Assembly: GCA_012295275.1 (NCBI GenBank)
Contig: CM022678.1
Coordinates: 8,122,001-8,186,000 of the forward strand
Direction: 5' to 3'
Length of the DNA: 64,000 nucleotides
From: Chrysomallon squamiferum
Taxonomy: Eukaryota; Animalia; Mollusca
Of this stretch, positions 26,984 through 41,372 are shown piece after piece. The notes beneath the pieces were generated by a model, which was not told the DNA's origin, searched no databases, and was given only the letters and a program-made list of their open reading frames with translations. The first letter of the stretch is position 1, and the number at the start of each line of letters is the position of its first letter. Made by a program: the position numbers and the translations under genes.

Positions 26984-28650
26984 AAGAAAAAAAAAATTCC
27001 ATAATAATTCATAAATATCAATCACAAATCCACCAACCCTCACTAAATTTTATTTAAAAACAAATTTACATTTAAACAAATTATGCAAATTATGCTTGGC
27101 AGTGTTTTAGGTTTCAAAAAAATAATTACCAAAAAAAAAAAAAAATAAAAAAAAAAAATTGTCAAAATTGTCAAAAACATGAAACACAAAAAAAAAATAA
27201 TAAAAAAAAAAAAAAAAAACACAACAAAATATTATATTATGTATTAAAGATAATTTGTGATGTAATCATGGAGAATACAGTTCTAAAGTGGTTTGAAGTC
27301 GACAAGAAAGAGAAAAGAAAAACAATTTTAAATACAACTTAAAACTATTCAAACATGGGATATTCCTCACAGCTACACAGATTTTTATTTTCAATAAACG
27401 TCAAGAGCACGTTCACTTTGAAGTAATATGTCAAGACAGAGTGTGACAGAAAATGTAAAGCATGATGGACAGAAGAAAAGAGAGATCAGGGTGGAAATAT
27501 ACATGAAGAATGAACGAAGTAAAGGCTTCTACAGTTAAATGAAACAATGATAACAACATCAATGATAGTGTTATTATCAATAGTGGTTATGACGACGATA
27601 ACAACAATAATAATGAAAAAAAAAAAAAAATGGCAATAATAGTATAATAATAATCAATAATAATAATAATAATAATAATAACAACAAATAAGATGAATAA
27701 ACCCCAGCAATACTAATAATAACAATATTCATGATGATAAAAATAATAATAATAATATGAAAAAACCCAGCAATAATAGTAATAGCAATCATCATGATAA
27801 AAATAATAATAATGATAATAATAATAATAGTAGTAGTAGCAGTAATAATAATATGAAAAACCCCAGCAAAACCCTTAAGTAATAACAATAATCATGATGA
27901 CAATAATAATAATAATGATGATAATAATAATAAATAAATAAATACATAAATAAATTCTAATAACAATAAAAATAAAATAGCAGAGATGGTAAAAATACAA
28001 ATATTTTGACAAGTGCTCATGTCAGAGATCTGTATAAACAACTACGAGTCTAAGTAAACGGAACTGAAATGACAAATACCACTGTTAACAACAGATGTGT
28101 TTTACAACACAAAACAAACACGAGGCACCTAGATTGACTGGACAGGAAAACATGGAATGTGAAGCTGTTTCTGGATGGCAAGATATCAACAAACACAAGG
28201 GTACAGATGTTTAACTAAATCTACTATATATATATATATATATTGTTTTTTAAAACTCCTTGTTTTCATGAAAAATAATGTTGGAAAGACATAATCTTTT
28301 TTTTTTAAATATATGTAGATAGTAATGTGTATGTGTGTGTGTACTGTGTCTGAATGCATGCATATATGTATGTATGTTAATATATACAAGGATTATCAAT
28401 TAGATTGACTCTAATGTGTGTTTGTGTTTATTTGCATTTATCTCTATGTTGGCAATCACATTAAAAACAAGCTCTGTGTGTATGTTTATGTATGTATAGG
28501 TATATGCATGTTTGCATATTTATGTATGAATTTAAATATGTATATTTATATATGTATGTGTATTTATTTGTTGTTTATGTGTTGTATCTATACACATGTA
28601 AATGTACCATATCAATGTATTATAAATATTTAATAGGTCTAATATATTTA

Positions 28651-28703
<53 letters not shown>

Positions 28704-29248
28704 CACATACCTACAAATTTGTGTATAGATGTATGAATGTATATGTCTGCATACGTATGATACATTTGTATGTATATATATATATATTTATGTATTGTGT
28801 TTGCATTTGTGTGGTTTGTACACAGCTGTTAAATATATATATATATATCTATATCTATATATATATATATATATAAAAGTAACATTTATACACTGGTGTG
28901 AAACACATTCATATTGCCAGCAACTAATTATAGATATCAAAAGGAGGGAGAGAAAAATGTATAGGAAAATGGTTATCTAAATATAAACATTCAATAATAA
29001 AACATGGCTGAACCTCAAACAGTACCAGCCTCTTAACATGGAAATTACAAAACAATGCACATAAATAGATTTTTTTTTAAATATATTATCATTTAGCTTA
29101 ATATAATGCAACAGTTAATTTCAAACTGAAAACAAAATGTGTTACTTCAAAAGAATAAAAAAAAACTAAAAATTGCTAAAAAATATAATGAAAAAAAAAT
29201 AAATAAATAAATAAATGAATAAATAAAAAAAATAATAAATAAAAAAAT

Positions 29249-29288
<40 letters not shown>

Positions 29289-30119
29289 CCAAAAAATTAA
29301 ATAAAGTATACAAATAAAAAAAACATGGTTGAGATCTTTTGTCTAAAATCCTTACTATTTTTTTTAAGGATATCTGTTGAAAATCCTTTTTTTATGCTCA
29401 GTATTTGATTAAAGGTTACTCAAAATTTGAGTCATAATTGATAAGCAGAGACAATTATTAGATTTTCTTCAAGCTGGAAACACTCATATATGCATCATCC
29501 ATAATATAATTAAATAGAGAGTTAAACAATATGGTTTGTAAAACAAAAGTAAAAAAATAAAAAAATAAAAGAAATAAAAAGTGAAAGTTGTATGCGGGTA
29601 GGTGTATTGTGTACATGTGGTATCATACTTGTATGTATAAACACACACACACACACACACACATATGTATGCATTCACTTGTGTTTGTCATGTGTTTGTA
29701 CAAATGCAACAGTATAATCTCAGTTCAATACTCTAATTCAAGAACTAATACGTGGTTTTGAAAATTAACGTTAAAACAATTTACGAAATCTAGGGCCAGT
29801 AAAGACTAAAAAAATAAAAAAATACTTTTTTTTTTCTGATATAGTTTTAATTTTTTTTTCCGGTAAAGTTTTAAGATTTTAATTTTTGTTTTTTTTTTCT
29901 TGTTAAAGTGTAATTATGGTTTGTGTAAACAAAGAGGTAAATACATTTAATATATTTTTACTTTTATTTATTTCTAGTTAAAGTCTGCTTGCGATGGACT
30001 TAAGCAAACTGGTTTAACTCATTTCTTTCACAATCGATTTGTTTGTATACACCAAACTTTGCAAACAATAAAGTATAAAAACAAGTTACATGTTATTATG
30101 ACAATGCACTGAAATTGCC

Positions 30120-30154
<35 letters not shown>

Positions 30155-30685
30155 AATATGTGTGTGTGTGTGATTTCTTTTAAACACTTATGTTTTCGAA
30201 ATTATGACAGTCAAAAGTGTTTTTGAAAACTGAATAAAAAATTGTGGATGTGTGTGCCATGAAGACAAATCTAAAGACAACACCAAGGCAACATCTGAAA
30301 TGTTTTAGGCTGATTGTCTGTGAAGATCTGTGAAATTCATCTACAATTTCTGTCAATGCACATTTCCAGCATGAACAAAAAATTATTAAGAAAAAACACT
30401 GGGGACAAAAATTAATAAATTAAAAATTAAAAAATAATAATAATAATGAATAAAAATATTTAAAAAAAAGTATTTTACAAAAAGGTGATATTAGTTCTCA
30501 TAAAAAAAAATTATGAACAGAAAACATGTCAAGAATAAAAAAAAAAACTCAAAACAAAAGAGAAATCCATAAAAACACATTTTTAAGAATCTTTTAATGA
30601 GAAAGAAAAATTTCTATCAGTAAAATAAAAATGAAAGAAACAGGTAAAGTTTTTAAATTACAGATTTGGAAAACAAAATTTTCTG

Positions 30686-30722
<37 letters not shown>

Positions 30723-32879
30723 TGTTGAAAAAAAAACAAACAAATTTTCTCTGAAATATTGTTTGAAAATTCACAACAAAAACAGCAAATGTAAATGCTC
30801 TAATAAACTCAAACAAATCTTTAAGAAACATTTAATATATTAAAACAAAAAACAGAAATAATACATATGTCCATTCTGTCTTAATTCTCAATTATAAATA
30901 TATGTAATTATCAAAAATCTGTGCATAAAAAAACCCCAAATCTTAAAAAACTGTTACACAAAGAAGAAAAAAATGTCTCTGATTCATTTTGTTTAAAAAC
31001 TGAATTTAACACAAAACATTGCACATTAATATAAAAAATTTTGCACATAAATATATATAAAAAAAATATTAAACAGAAATTTACATAATCCAAAATTCAA
31101 CTCGAATACCAGAGTAAACAACTAAACAACAGAGTCAAAAATTTCGTAGAGAATTACAGTTCTCTAAAATAGACAATCAAAAATTCTCCAAAATAGTATA
31201 GAACCAAAAACACGAATAAAATAAGAAAAACACAGAATATAAATTTCTGTTTCTATATATTAAAATTTCTAAATAAAGTCATAGAATGAACAATTCTCTA
31301 AAAGAAAAATAGAATGAAATTTTTTCTACATGCAGATGATAAATACAAAATACAGAATAATAATTTTAAAAAATATCTATGAAAATCTAGGTGAATTTTT
31401 GTGAAATAATTAATAATTATCCTGTCAAACAGTTTATGGAGAAAGAGAATATAAAAAAAAATAAAAAAAAAAAAATTCACTAACACAGTAATACAGAATA
31501 AAAAAGAAATGATTTTCTTTCAGAAATACAGAATCAAACATATTCTAGAAAGAATCATAAATTCTCTAATAAAGTATGAAAAATGTTCAAGTAGAAAATT
31601 ACAAACAAAATTCTCTAAAACATAGAGAATCTAAATTCTGTGACAAGTTTTGTGTAGAGAGAACAGTTCTCTTGCAGGTCTTTGTGTGAAGAAGAACATT
31701 AAACATTTTCAGTAACATGAATGTATTCAGAGTTCAAGTGATATTTACTTTAAAGATGTCAAATTTTTACTTTCAAATGTCAAGATGATAATCTAAAATG
31801 GTAATAAGTCTGGAAAGTTTCCTGTTAACTTTTGAAATAGAAAACTTTGCAGTAATTAATGGGAAAAGAAACAAAACATTTTATGAAAATATTTTAGTCT
31901 TAATAAACTTTGGAATATTTTGAACACGAGTGGGTATAGTCTAAATATTAAAAAAAATAAAAAAATAAATGCCTGTTCCTGTCTTTATTAAGCAGGAGAA
32001 ATGGCTTCTTATAAATGAGTATCATGTTAAACTGGTGGAATCCAAATTCAGTTTTAGACAGGTAAACTTTTAATTTATTTTATGATTTGATCTGAAAAGT
32101 CAGTTATCTGAGTCTTAAGTTTTTAAATTGTAATTTTTTTTTGTTGATAATGTTTTATTGATGAATAAGGCATTTTATGTTTTAAATTTTTAGTAAAGTA
32201 ATGAAAATACTGAAGCCTAAATTTACAAAGCCTCTTCCAATTTTTTTACAACCATACAATTAATCAGTACTTAAACAGATATATATGTGTATACATGAAT
32301 ATATGACAACAAGTGAATATATTTGTGTATCAATCAAAAATAGGTGTAAATGTACGAATGAATAACAATATCTCAAATTAAACATACTTGATCAAAAGCA
32401 AATGTAAATATACGAATGAATAACAAATATCTCTGTATAACTGTACGCTGAATGATAAAGATAAATATATGAATATACATGTTACTTTTGTGTCGGGAAA
32501 GCTCTCTATGTTTGTGCATGTACATTCACGAAGAAGTCATTCTAATTTTGTGTAGTTTTGTATAAATCTGTAGTTGGGTGGTTTAAAAACTATCAATGTA
32601 AATGTAATTGATTAGATTGACAGTTTGATGTGATTTTGTCTTTATGAGTATTTATCTATATGTGGTCAGTCACAATTAAAAATATTTTCTATATTTATAT
32701 ATAAATTTATATATCTCAATATATATTTGTTTTTAAGCAAACAGACAGCAGACTGTTTATATAGCGAGTTTGAAATCTGAGGTGTTTGGGAATTTATAAT
32801 ATTTCTGGATCAGGGCTCAATATATAGAAGCTGAAGAGTGAAAACTGCCTAGTTCCCATATTTAGTTAATCATGTGTGT

Positions 32880-33145
32880 AAGTGTGAGTATATCTGTTAA
32901 TTATATGCAAAAATGTGTGTTTATGTCTGTTAATTTTATATAAAAATGAGTGTATGTCTGTTAATTTTATATAAAAATGAGTGTATGTCTGTTAAATATA
33001 TATATATAAAATGAGTATATCTGTTAATTTTATGTAAAAATGAGTGTATGTCTGTTAAATATATATAAAAATGAGTATATCTGTCAATTTTATTCAAAAA
33101 TGTGCATATGTCTGTTAATTTTGTGTAAAAATGAGTGCATGTCTG
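32880..33145. repeat. Minisatellite of about 29 bp (TGAGTGTATGTCTGTTAATTTTATATAAAAA)
   Basis: About 9 degenerate copies downstream of the pinocchio-like stop codon. Confidence 0.8.
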
Positions 33146-33175
33146 TTACTTTAGAACCATTATATTATATATTAC

Positions 33176-33207
<32 letters not shown>

Positions 33208-33619
33208 ATGCATTTAAAAAAAGAAAATTTCAAATACTGAGAGATTCACTGGTATCTTACAATCAGACCAAACACAGCACCGAGCGCCAGTCTATTTTCT
33301 ACACGAGACTATGTACACCTGCTACAGCAACACACGACTCAGCTGAAACCAGGAACCACGTCTGTCTTCTACGCTGCTGCTGTTGTTCTTGTTGTTGTTG
33401 TAGTATCTCTGTTCACACCTGTCAAGACAACAAGACTTTGATGCTGTGTTTCCATGACATTAACCCAGTCTACTTCGTGCTTCACACAGTTATTTACAGT
33501 AACATGGCTTCCAGTGCGATCCACTAAGCTGGGAAAATAAACGATGCACCCTGCGTCAGTCAGTCGATTTTCTACACACTATTTACAACTGCGGCAGCGT
33601 CCTTTCGTTTCGTCATCTG

Positions 33620-35854
33620 CTAACTTGTGGACAGATCCTGCAAACCTTCGGACAGGAAATCTTCCGACGAGTCGCCGGTGACCTTTTGACCTGTGTTCTG
33701 CTCTTCTGGAGTCAGGTCACATGTCCCGTCCCAGTGTGCCTTGTGCATGGCGTGTGACTGAAACGAAGATTAACGTAGAAAATATTTAAAAAAAAAAAAA
33801 AAAAAAATCAACAACGTTTGTACCATTAATTTGAATAAATGACCATGAAAAGAAGAATAAGAAGACATACATCTAAATTTAAAAGTGTATCTTATTTGTT
33901 TTAATGCCATGTAGGAAGAAAACAAAAAGCAGTATTTGTTTGTTTTAACACTCTTCACCATGACAGACATAGTTAAAGAGATACTGAATCAAAACAGAAT
34001 AAAAACAAGTATTATAATTGGAAAATAAATATGATTTTTAAATATTTGTCTGTAATCAAGATACAGGAATAAAAAAAACCCCCAAAATTAATGTTTTGTT
34101 TAATTCTTTTTTTAAAACATTTTAATGTGTGTGTTATTACGATGGAACACAAAAATATGTCTAAATATATTTTTGTGTATTTCTAAGAGACTGTTTTATC
34201 TGTGAAATGATGTAAACTGCTGATAAGAAAAGTAGATCTACATACAATCTGTATCTTTACCAACAGAAACATCAAAAATACAAAAGAAAGAAAATGAAAG
34301 CACACATTAAATCCCCTTGGATATGATAGTTTACTCTCATACTTTATCATTAGCAAAGTCTGGTAGCCAAAAAGTAATTAATAAAAAAAACATATAGAGG
34401 TAAAGAAAATATATTTAAGCTGTCTATACAGACACAGGTGCAATGCTAAGCATGTTTCTGATAAAGACAGGGATCTAAATATATTCTAGACATTTTCTCT
34501 TTGTATTTTGGGTTTGTTTTGCCATCCAGTACTTAGATGATGACAAAGTATAGTTTTAACAATATCTGGCTGTTACTGATCCTGCAGTTACAATGTTTTT
34601 GTTTACAAAGTTTGACTCGTTTGGTGTCAGGTGTTCAGTTGGAAAAGAATGAAATGGAGGCATTCAAAGATTTCAGAACAGTATTATTTTACCATCAAAC
34701 TTTATAAATATTATATTATCATCAAACTTTATAACAGTATTATTTTAACATCAGACTTTATAAATATTATATTTTCATCAAACTTTATAACAGTATTTTA
34801 CCATCAGACTTTATAAATATTATATTATCATCAAACTTTATAACAGTATCATTTTATCATCAAAACTTTATAACTATTATTTTATCATCAAACTTTGTAA
34901 CAGTATTTTACCATCAGACTTTACAAATATTACTTTACCATCAAACTTTATAACAGTGTTATTTTACCATCAGACTTTATAAATATTACTTTATCATCAA
35001 ACTTTATAACAGTGCTATTTTAACACTGTACTTTGTCATGTGTGACAACAGACCATCCTGAATAATAAAACTGAGAAATATAAATAATTTTATTATACTA
35101 CTATTTAGTCATTTTAGCATATGTTAAAGGTATCTCACAAATGACAAATGTGACAAAAAAAATGGATAAAAAAAATAAAAAAAAGAACAAATAAAGAAAA
35201 TATCAAAAAGATTTCATCTCACCATTTTCACGTTACGCTTCCACACTTTGGCGCACTTCCCGTTACACGCAGGGCATGTTCGTAGGAGTGTGAAGCCTCC
35301 ACACTCCTTGCAGTCTTTTGAGCACTGACCATCAAACCAGCTTTTGTGACACCTGCAATTTTAAAACAGAAATAAAAATGTATATCAAAGTCTGTATGTA
35401 TGTATATAATATTTACTTATATATATATATATATATTATTATATATCTTTATTTTAACATCAGAATTAATTTATTAATTTTCGACAATCGACCAAGAAGC
35501 ATTCCCGTTTCAGTGACTCTCACTAATTACCAGCAGAATTTTTTTTTTTTTAAATGTCGTCAGTGAATTGTTTGTTTTCATGTCTCATCAGCTGTTTTGT
35601 TTCTTTAATAAACTGAATGTAGTAAATTTGCAGTTTTCATTTCAAGGATAGACATGTTTCAAGAGAAAAATCACGTTATATTATAAATTGTATTACGAAG
35701 ACAACATCATTAACACACAAACGATTAACATTAATCAAGATGGCTACAGCAAGTTGTGTTAATTATGACAACAGGATTATTTCCACTGCATTTCGTCCAG
35801 TCATGGATTAGATGCACATTTGTATGGCTTGCTAATATTATAATAACATTAAAA

Positions 35855-35885
<31 letters not shown>

Positions 35886-37746
35886 TGTATTTATGTATGT
35901 CATATATTTATTTCTATGTATGCATGTATGTAATGTATGTATGTATTCATACATTCATGCACACACACACTACACACATCAGAGAAAATTGAAAATCTTA
36001 CAAGTGACATGTGGCTATTTTTCTCTGATATGCTTCTGACTTCATCATGTCTTCAACCTCGTCTTTTGTGTAGTCCTTGTTTTCAGCTTCTGCCGTCTGA
36101 ATGGCGTAGTACACAGTCGCCTTAGGACCATTCAGCACCTCATCAACTGAAACAAAACAACAGTTACACAAGTGTAACACACAGTAACTCATCAACTGAA
36201 ACAACACAACCGTTACATGCATGTAACACGCAGTAAAACATCAACTGAAACAACACATCAGTTACACGAGTGTAACATGCAGTAACTCATCAACTGAAAC
36301 AACATATCAGTTACATACACACTGTAACTCAACTGAAACAACACAACCATTATATACACACGAGTATAACACATCAGTTACACAAATATAACACAGTAAC
36401 TCATCAACTGAAACATATCAGTTACATACACACAGTAACTCACCAACTGAAACAAACATCAGTTACACGAGTATAACATTACCCACACAAACTGCTTGAA
36501 GATTTCCTTATCTCAAGTGCTTGGGAGTTTGGGATTTTTTTGAGGATGGGAAACAATTCGGATTTTGGATTTATCTGAAGTGTTTCAGTTTCAGTTTTCC
36601 CATTTGGCAATAAACAGAGCAAGAGTGAGAACAGAATTCATGTCTAAACCCGAAATACCTTTACATTTCATACACAGTTTATACACTAGCCCTCCAGGCA
36701 GTTTTAATGAAGTGGGTTTTTTTAGGTTTTTTTTAAAGTAAATTTGTTCATGAAATAAAATTTCTATTTGTCAAATTATGTGAAACCAAAAAAAAAAAAT
36801 TAAATTAAATATAAAAAAAAAAAAAAAAAAAAAATTCACGATGTGACTGTCTTTGGCAGCTCTGATATTTTGGAATATATTGAGAACTGACCCAAATCTA
36901 AGCACAAATTCGGTTTACATTTCAAATACAGTTCATACACTGCAGGTGGTTCTGTCTGAAATACATTTAAGAATTTTTGTGCATAAAAGAAAGTTTCTGT
37001 TCTGGAAAAAAAAATTTGGATTTCACAATTTAAGATAAGTAGTCTTATCTCTGCATTTAACAGATATACATAATAAAAATAAAAAATAAAAAATTAAAAG
37101 TATATTGTGCATTTTTTCTAAAGTTAACTTTTGGTCATATAAAGAAATAGTCTATGAATAAATTCTGCATACTTCTTATTTATCTTATACATATATATAT
37201 ATGTTTACATTACAAGCTTATTAATTAATAATGTAGCATTAAAAAAAAAGAATAGTTATCTGAGTATTGCCATTTTATGTATAGGAGATGTCGTGTACTG
37301 ATTTGCATTTAAATGTTTTCCAGTATTGCCAGAAGAAATACAGCCAAAAATTCTGATGCTCCTATATTTTTTGTAACAATATTATTTTACTGTCATACAT
37401 AGTTATTTGTAAAAACAGGTCACCCAAAATATTAAAACAATAATTTAAAATCTGTATTTAATTAGATTATTTAATTGTACTGCTTTTTGTAGAATTTAAC
37501 TCACTTTTATTGATTGTTATCATACTTGTTGTTTTTGGGTTGATTTTTTTGTTTTAAAGCATTGAAATTAACTGACTGAATAATGCAACAGAGTGTTACA
37601 AGACTCATGGATGGATATATATATATATATATATTTCTATATATATTTAATTTGAAACAAAAAAAGTAAAAAAAAAAAAAAGAACGGAAGATAAACAGAA
37701 GAATAAGAAACAAAAATAATAATAAAAAAGATAACACATGAGGTAT

Positions 37747-37813
<67 letters not shown>

Positions 37814-37961
37814 TTTTTTTTTTTTTTTTAACTATATCACCTTCAGCATCAGTGTTGTTGTTTGGTAGAATGTCCATTGCCTCCTCTGTCACATTTTCAT
37901 CATCAGAAAACCCCTCATCATCAACTGCCACAGTGCCTCCCTGAGCCTGGTTGCCACTCAT
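33620..37961 (-). CDS. Pino: Pinocchio-like cysteine-rich putative zinc-binding protein, 177 aa, four coding exons
   Basis: Minus-strand GT-AG exons 37961-37841, 36146-36002, 35352-35223 and 33757-33620 join in phase: MSGNQAQGG...ATCHLCHKSWFDGQCSKDCKECGGFTLLRTCPACNGKCAKVWKRNVKMSHAMHKAHWDGTC...QDLSTS*. The CxxC-xxSW...DCxECGG...RxCPxCxGxC...WKR...MSH...KAxWxGxC pattern matches Drosophila pinocchio (smi21F) as recalled; no search was run. Confidence 0.8.
34680..35025. repeat. Minisatellite of about 28 bp (ATTTTACCATCARACTTTATAAMAGTATT) in a pinocchio-like intron
   Basis: About 12 visible copies. Confidence 0.85.
36139..36480 (-). repeat. Minisatellite of about 49 bp containing copies of the acceptor of pinocchio-like coding exon 2
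   Basis: Plus-strand CATCAACTGAAAC (minus GTTTCAG|TTGATG) near 36141, 36190, 36239, 36288, 36328, 36402 and 36441. Confidence 0.88.
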
Positions 37962-38559
37962 TTCTGAAACATGTACGTTTTAAATTAGTTTTTACTTTAA
38001 ATGTCACATCTTACCTATTTTTTAAGTAATCTTACTCATTTGTAAGAAGCTGTCTTTTATGTTCATATTTCATAATCAAGTATTTACATGATATCTTACG
38101 AATATGTAAGGTATAGGCTGGAACGGGTAAATGCTCTTATGACGCTTAGGGTTAGAGGTCTGAACCTGCAAACTGATAGTGTAATATCATAATATGATAA
38201 TATTAAAAATATTGTAAATTAATCATTAATTCATTGCAACGTCAAGGTTCGGGCCTACCCCTTCATTAGCATTTTATCGGTTCAGTGCTCAAAGTTTACT
38301 TTCGCAAAATATTCTTTATATTCGCATAAAATCATAATTGGTTTCAAATTAGTCGAATATACGACGCTTTAGTAGTTTCTGATTAAAACACTCGGACTCC
38401 ATGTTTATCAAAAGCATTTTTGTGTCGAGCGAGTACACAGAATTGAACGTGTTAAACAAAAATTGAAAATTCCTGCAACAACCACAGCTCAGTGATACTC
38501 AAGAAAAAGATACTATTTTTGTCTATAAAGATATAAAAAATAAGTAAACAAATCCATAT

Positions 38560-38700
38560 TTATATTAGTACCCGAACTGCTATTCAGACAAACAATACAA
38601 CGATATTTCTGCACTTTTCCCGTCGAACTTGTGGGAAATGTTGTTTACTTCCGGTTACAAACGCTTTGCGATTGTCGTAAAGGCCTATTTTGTTTGATCG
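38560..38700 (-). promoter_or_regulatory. Candidate promoter or non-coding first exon of the pinocchio-like gene, with an ETS-type site
   Basis: ACCGGAAGT on the minus strand at 38647-38655 in CpG-enriched DNA. The ATG exon has an acceptor only 2 nt before the ATG (gtttcag|AAATG), so an upstream non-coding exon is expected. Confidence 0.45.
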
Positions 38701-38883
38701 CTAATCTGCAGTTGGTTTTCAAAGCAAATATTTTTCATTAGCTGTTTTTAAAGACGTTGAATTAACAGATTTGTATCATCATAAGACGGTTGGTTATTAA
38801 CTAAAAATCACCAACGAAAATAAATAAACAGTTAAAGTGAAATATGAATATTTAACACATTTCAAATAATAAAATCACTCATG

Positions 38884-38956
<73 letters not shown>

Positions 38957-39027
38957 ATTTTTGTGTTAGATATTTTGACCAAACAGTTGGTAAAAATTGG
39001 GCAACTAATGTCAGAGAAAACTATTTA

Positions 39028-39078
<51 letters not shown>

Positions 39079-39860
39079 GGTTATTAATCTTTCAGTTCAA
39101 ATCTATTTAACTTTTCTTAGTAAAGGCTGTACTGATTATTTATTCTACAGTTAGTAGCAATATAACAGAAACATACAAAAATGTTTAATCTTATAAGTTT
39201 ATCCTTTTCGTGATAGTGCAGTGCATTAGATGGTGATCTTTGACTATAAATTATGTTTTCTTGTTGTTTTGCGATTTTTTTTTTTTTTTCGTTTTAAAAC
39301 AATAAAGAAATATCACAGTGACAAAAACATTAACATAAACACATAATATGTATAGAAATTAGAGAAACAATATAAACGCATTATTTGAAAAACTATGTGA
39401 AAAATAGGTATGTTTTTAAAAAAATGTTTTTTTTTACGGGGGCCGTCATGTTTACCTACATTTTCATCGGTGCTCAAAAGGTATAAAAACTTCCTTACAA
39501 TGTTAAGTTAAATAACAATAACTTTTTAAAATCTAAAATATTTCTATACAATTAATTTGAAACAATAAAAGTAAAATAAAGATAAACAGAAGAGTAAGAA
39601 ATAATAATATTTTTTGAAAAAAGTGTAAAAGATGAGGTATAAAACCGAGAGAAAGGAAAAAAAAAAAAAAAAAAAAAAAAAACTGAAGGAAAATGTGAAA
39701 AAGGAAAAAAGAAGAATTAAAAGACTGAAGAACTGAAACTGTTTTTGATCGTCTTGAAATGTTGCGTTATCACTCAGATACAAATTGACGATAAAAATAA
39801 AAGGACAACTACAGTTAAAACATTTATCGATATCTATCTATATATACATACATACATGTA

Positions 39861-40071
39861 TTGGGTTTAGGAATAAGTCATTGCGGTTAAATTAAATTTA
39901 ATCATTACATAGAAGAAAACTTAAGCTTAACTCATAACAAGATGTAATTTAATCAATAATGTGTTTACCGTTGTTATTTACCACTTCTTCCCAACGGTCA
40001 GCAAAATTTTCGATGCCTCCGCAATAAATTTTAATCAATTATGAACCGCAGTAACTTATTCCTCAACCCAA
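39861..40071 (-). mobile_element. Internally deleted mariner element (MITE-like, 211 bp)
   Basis: TIRs TTGGGTTTAGGAATAAGTCATTGCGGTT and AACCGCAGTAACTTATTCCTCAACCCAA, TA on both sides. The minus strand keeps a mariner transposase C-terminus, GGIENFADRWEEVVNNNGKHIID*. Confidence 0.88.
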
Positions 40072-40182
40072 TATATATATATAAATAAAATAAAATAAAT
40101 GAATATGGTTTAAAGATGTTCTTATATTTGATGTCAGTAGAAAGTTACTAATTTTTTTTTATCTTTTTTAAAAAAAAAAATA

Positions 40183-40445
40183 CATCCGAGAAACCTGTTA
40201 AATGTAAATTATGCGCAAAAATGTTTCACACAAGCAATTAGCCTGCAAAGAAACTTCTTAAATGTGAAGTTTGGACAGAATGTTAATTGAAAGAAACTAC
40301 TCTAAGGAATCATATGAAGATTCATACTAAGAAACCGCGCTTAAGTGTGAAGTTTGTGCAAAACGTTTATCGTCTGCAGATGGTCTAAGAGTTCATATGA
40401 AGAATCACACTGGTGATAGACCTTTTAAATGTGAAATATGTGTAT
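40183..40445 (+). pseudogene. Decayed C2H2 zinc-finger remnant
   Basis: Fragments such as KCEVCAKRLSSADGLRVHMKNHTGDRPFKCEIC, interrupted by stops and indels. Confidence 0.8.
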
Positions 40446-40967
40446 TGCCTCGAATGAAAAATCTATTCATTCACTGACATCAGATGTAAAGGTAAACACA
40501 ACGTATGGCAAATTCATTTGAGTTATTTCATTTGTTGATCTGAGGTAAATATATCAAATTATTTTGGTAATCTGTTCTGTTTCAAATTATCGAAGATTGA
40601 CTGTATTAATCAATGAAATTAAAATATTTTAGACTTCCATCTTCTTTAAACTAATGATTATAAGTTGCTTTACTTGAGTTATATGAATAAATTTTGAATC
40701 TTTCAGAATGGAATTTATTTATTTACTAGTGTCTTACCTTCTTTTAGTCATGGAATTACCTATAGGATTTCGTTATATCTCAAAAAAACGAAAATATTTT
40801 TTTTTTTTTTTTTTTAAAACAATAATAAAAAGTAAAGATAAACATAAAAATTAAAATTAAAAACAGTTTTACAGATGCAGAACTATTCGACTGATTCGTT
40901 TTATTGTCATCTGAGAAAATGAGCGAGCTCATAGCGATCCAGTGATATAATACTGATCTTTACGATA

Positions 40968-41115
40968 TTAGAGTGCGCGCTTTATTTTGAAGGAAAACTG
41001 ACAGATTACAAACCGAACAAAGGGGAGATAAAGCACAAAATTGCCATTGAGCCTGGATGTAGAACATTTTGCTTGTGTAAATTTATATGTTTGGTGGGAA
41101 AACAGTCAGGTAATC
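40968..41115 (+). promoter_or_regulatory. Type I promoter/non-coding first-exon cassette for ZNF-A
   Basis: TTAGAGTGCGCGCTTTATTTTGAAGGAAA ... GGGGAGATAAA ... CAG|gtaatc (donor at 41110); homologous to blocks at 51148 and 56413. Confidence 0.6.
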
Positions 41116-41331
41116 ATCAAGCGTTGTTCGTTAATTGAAGTAAGAATTTTTCGCAGAATTCTGCAATGATTTGAAACCAAATAGCTGAGTAAAATGACTA
41201 TCATACGGCGGTGTTATTATATTAATTATTATTCATTTATTGTTCACATGGTTATGATCATAATGATGGTATAATATAAGTTATAACTATAACTATAGTA
41301 GATTATAGTACAGACCATATTGCGTAACAGC

Positions 41332-41372
<41 letters not shown>

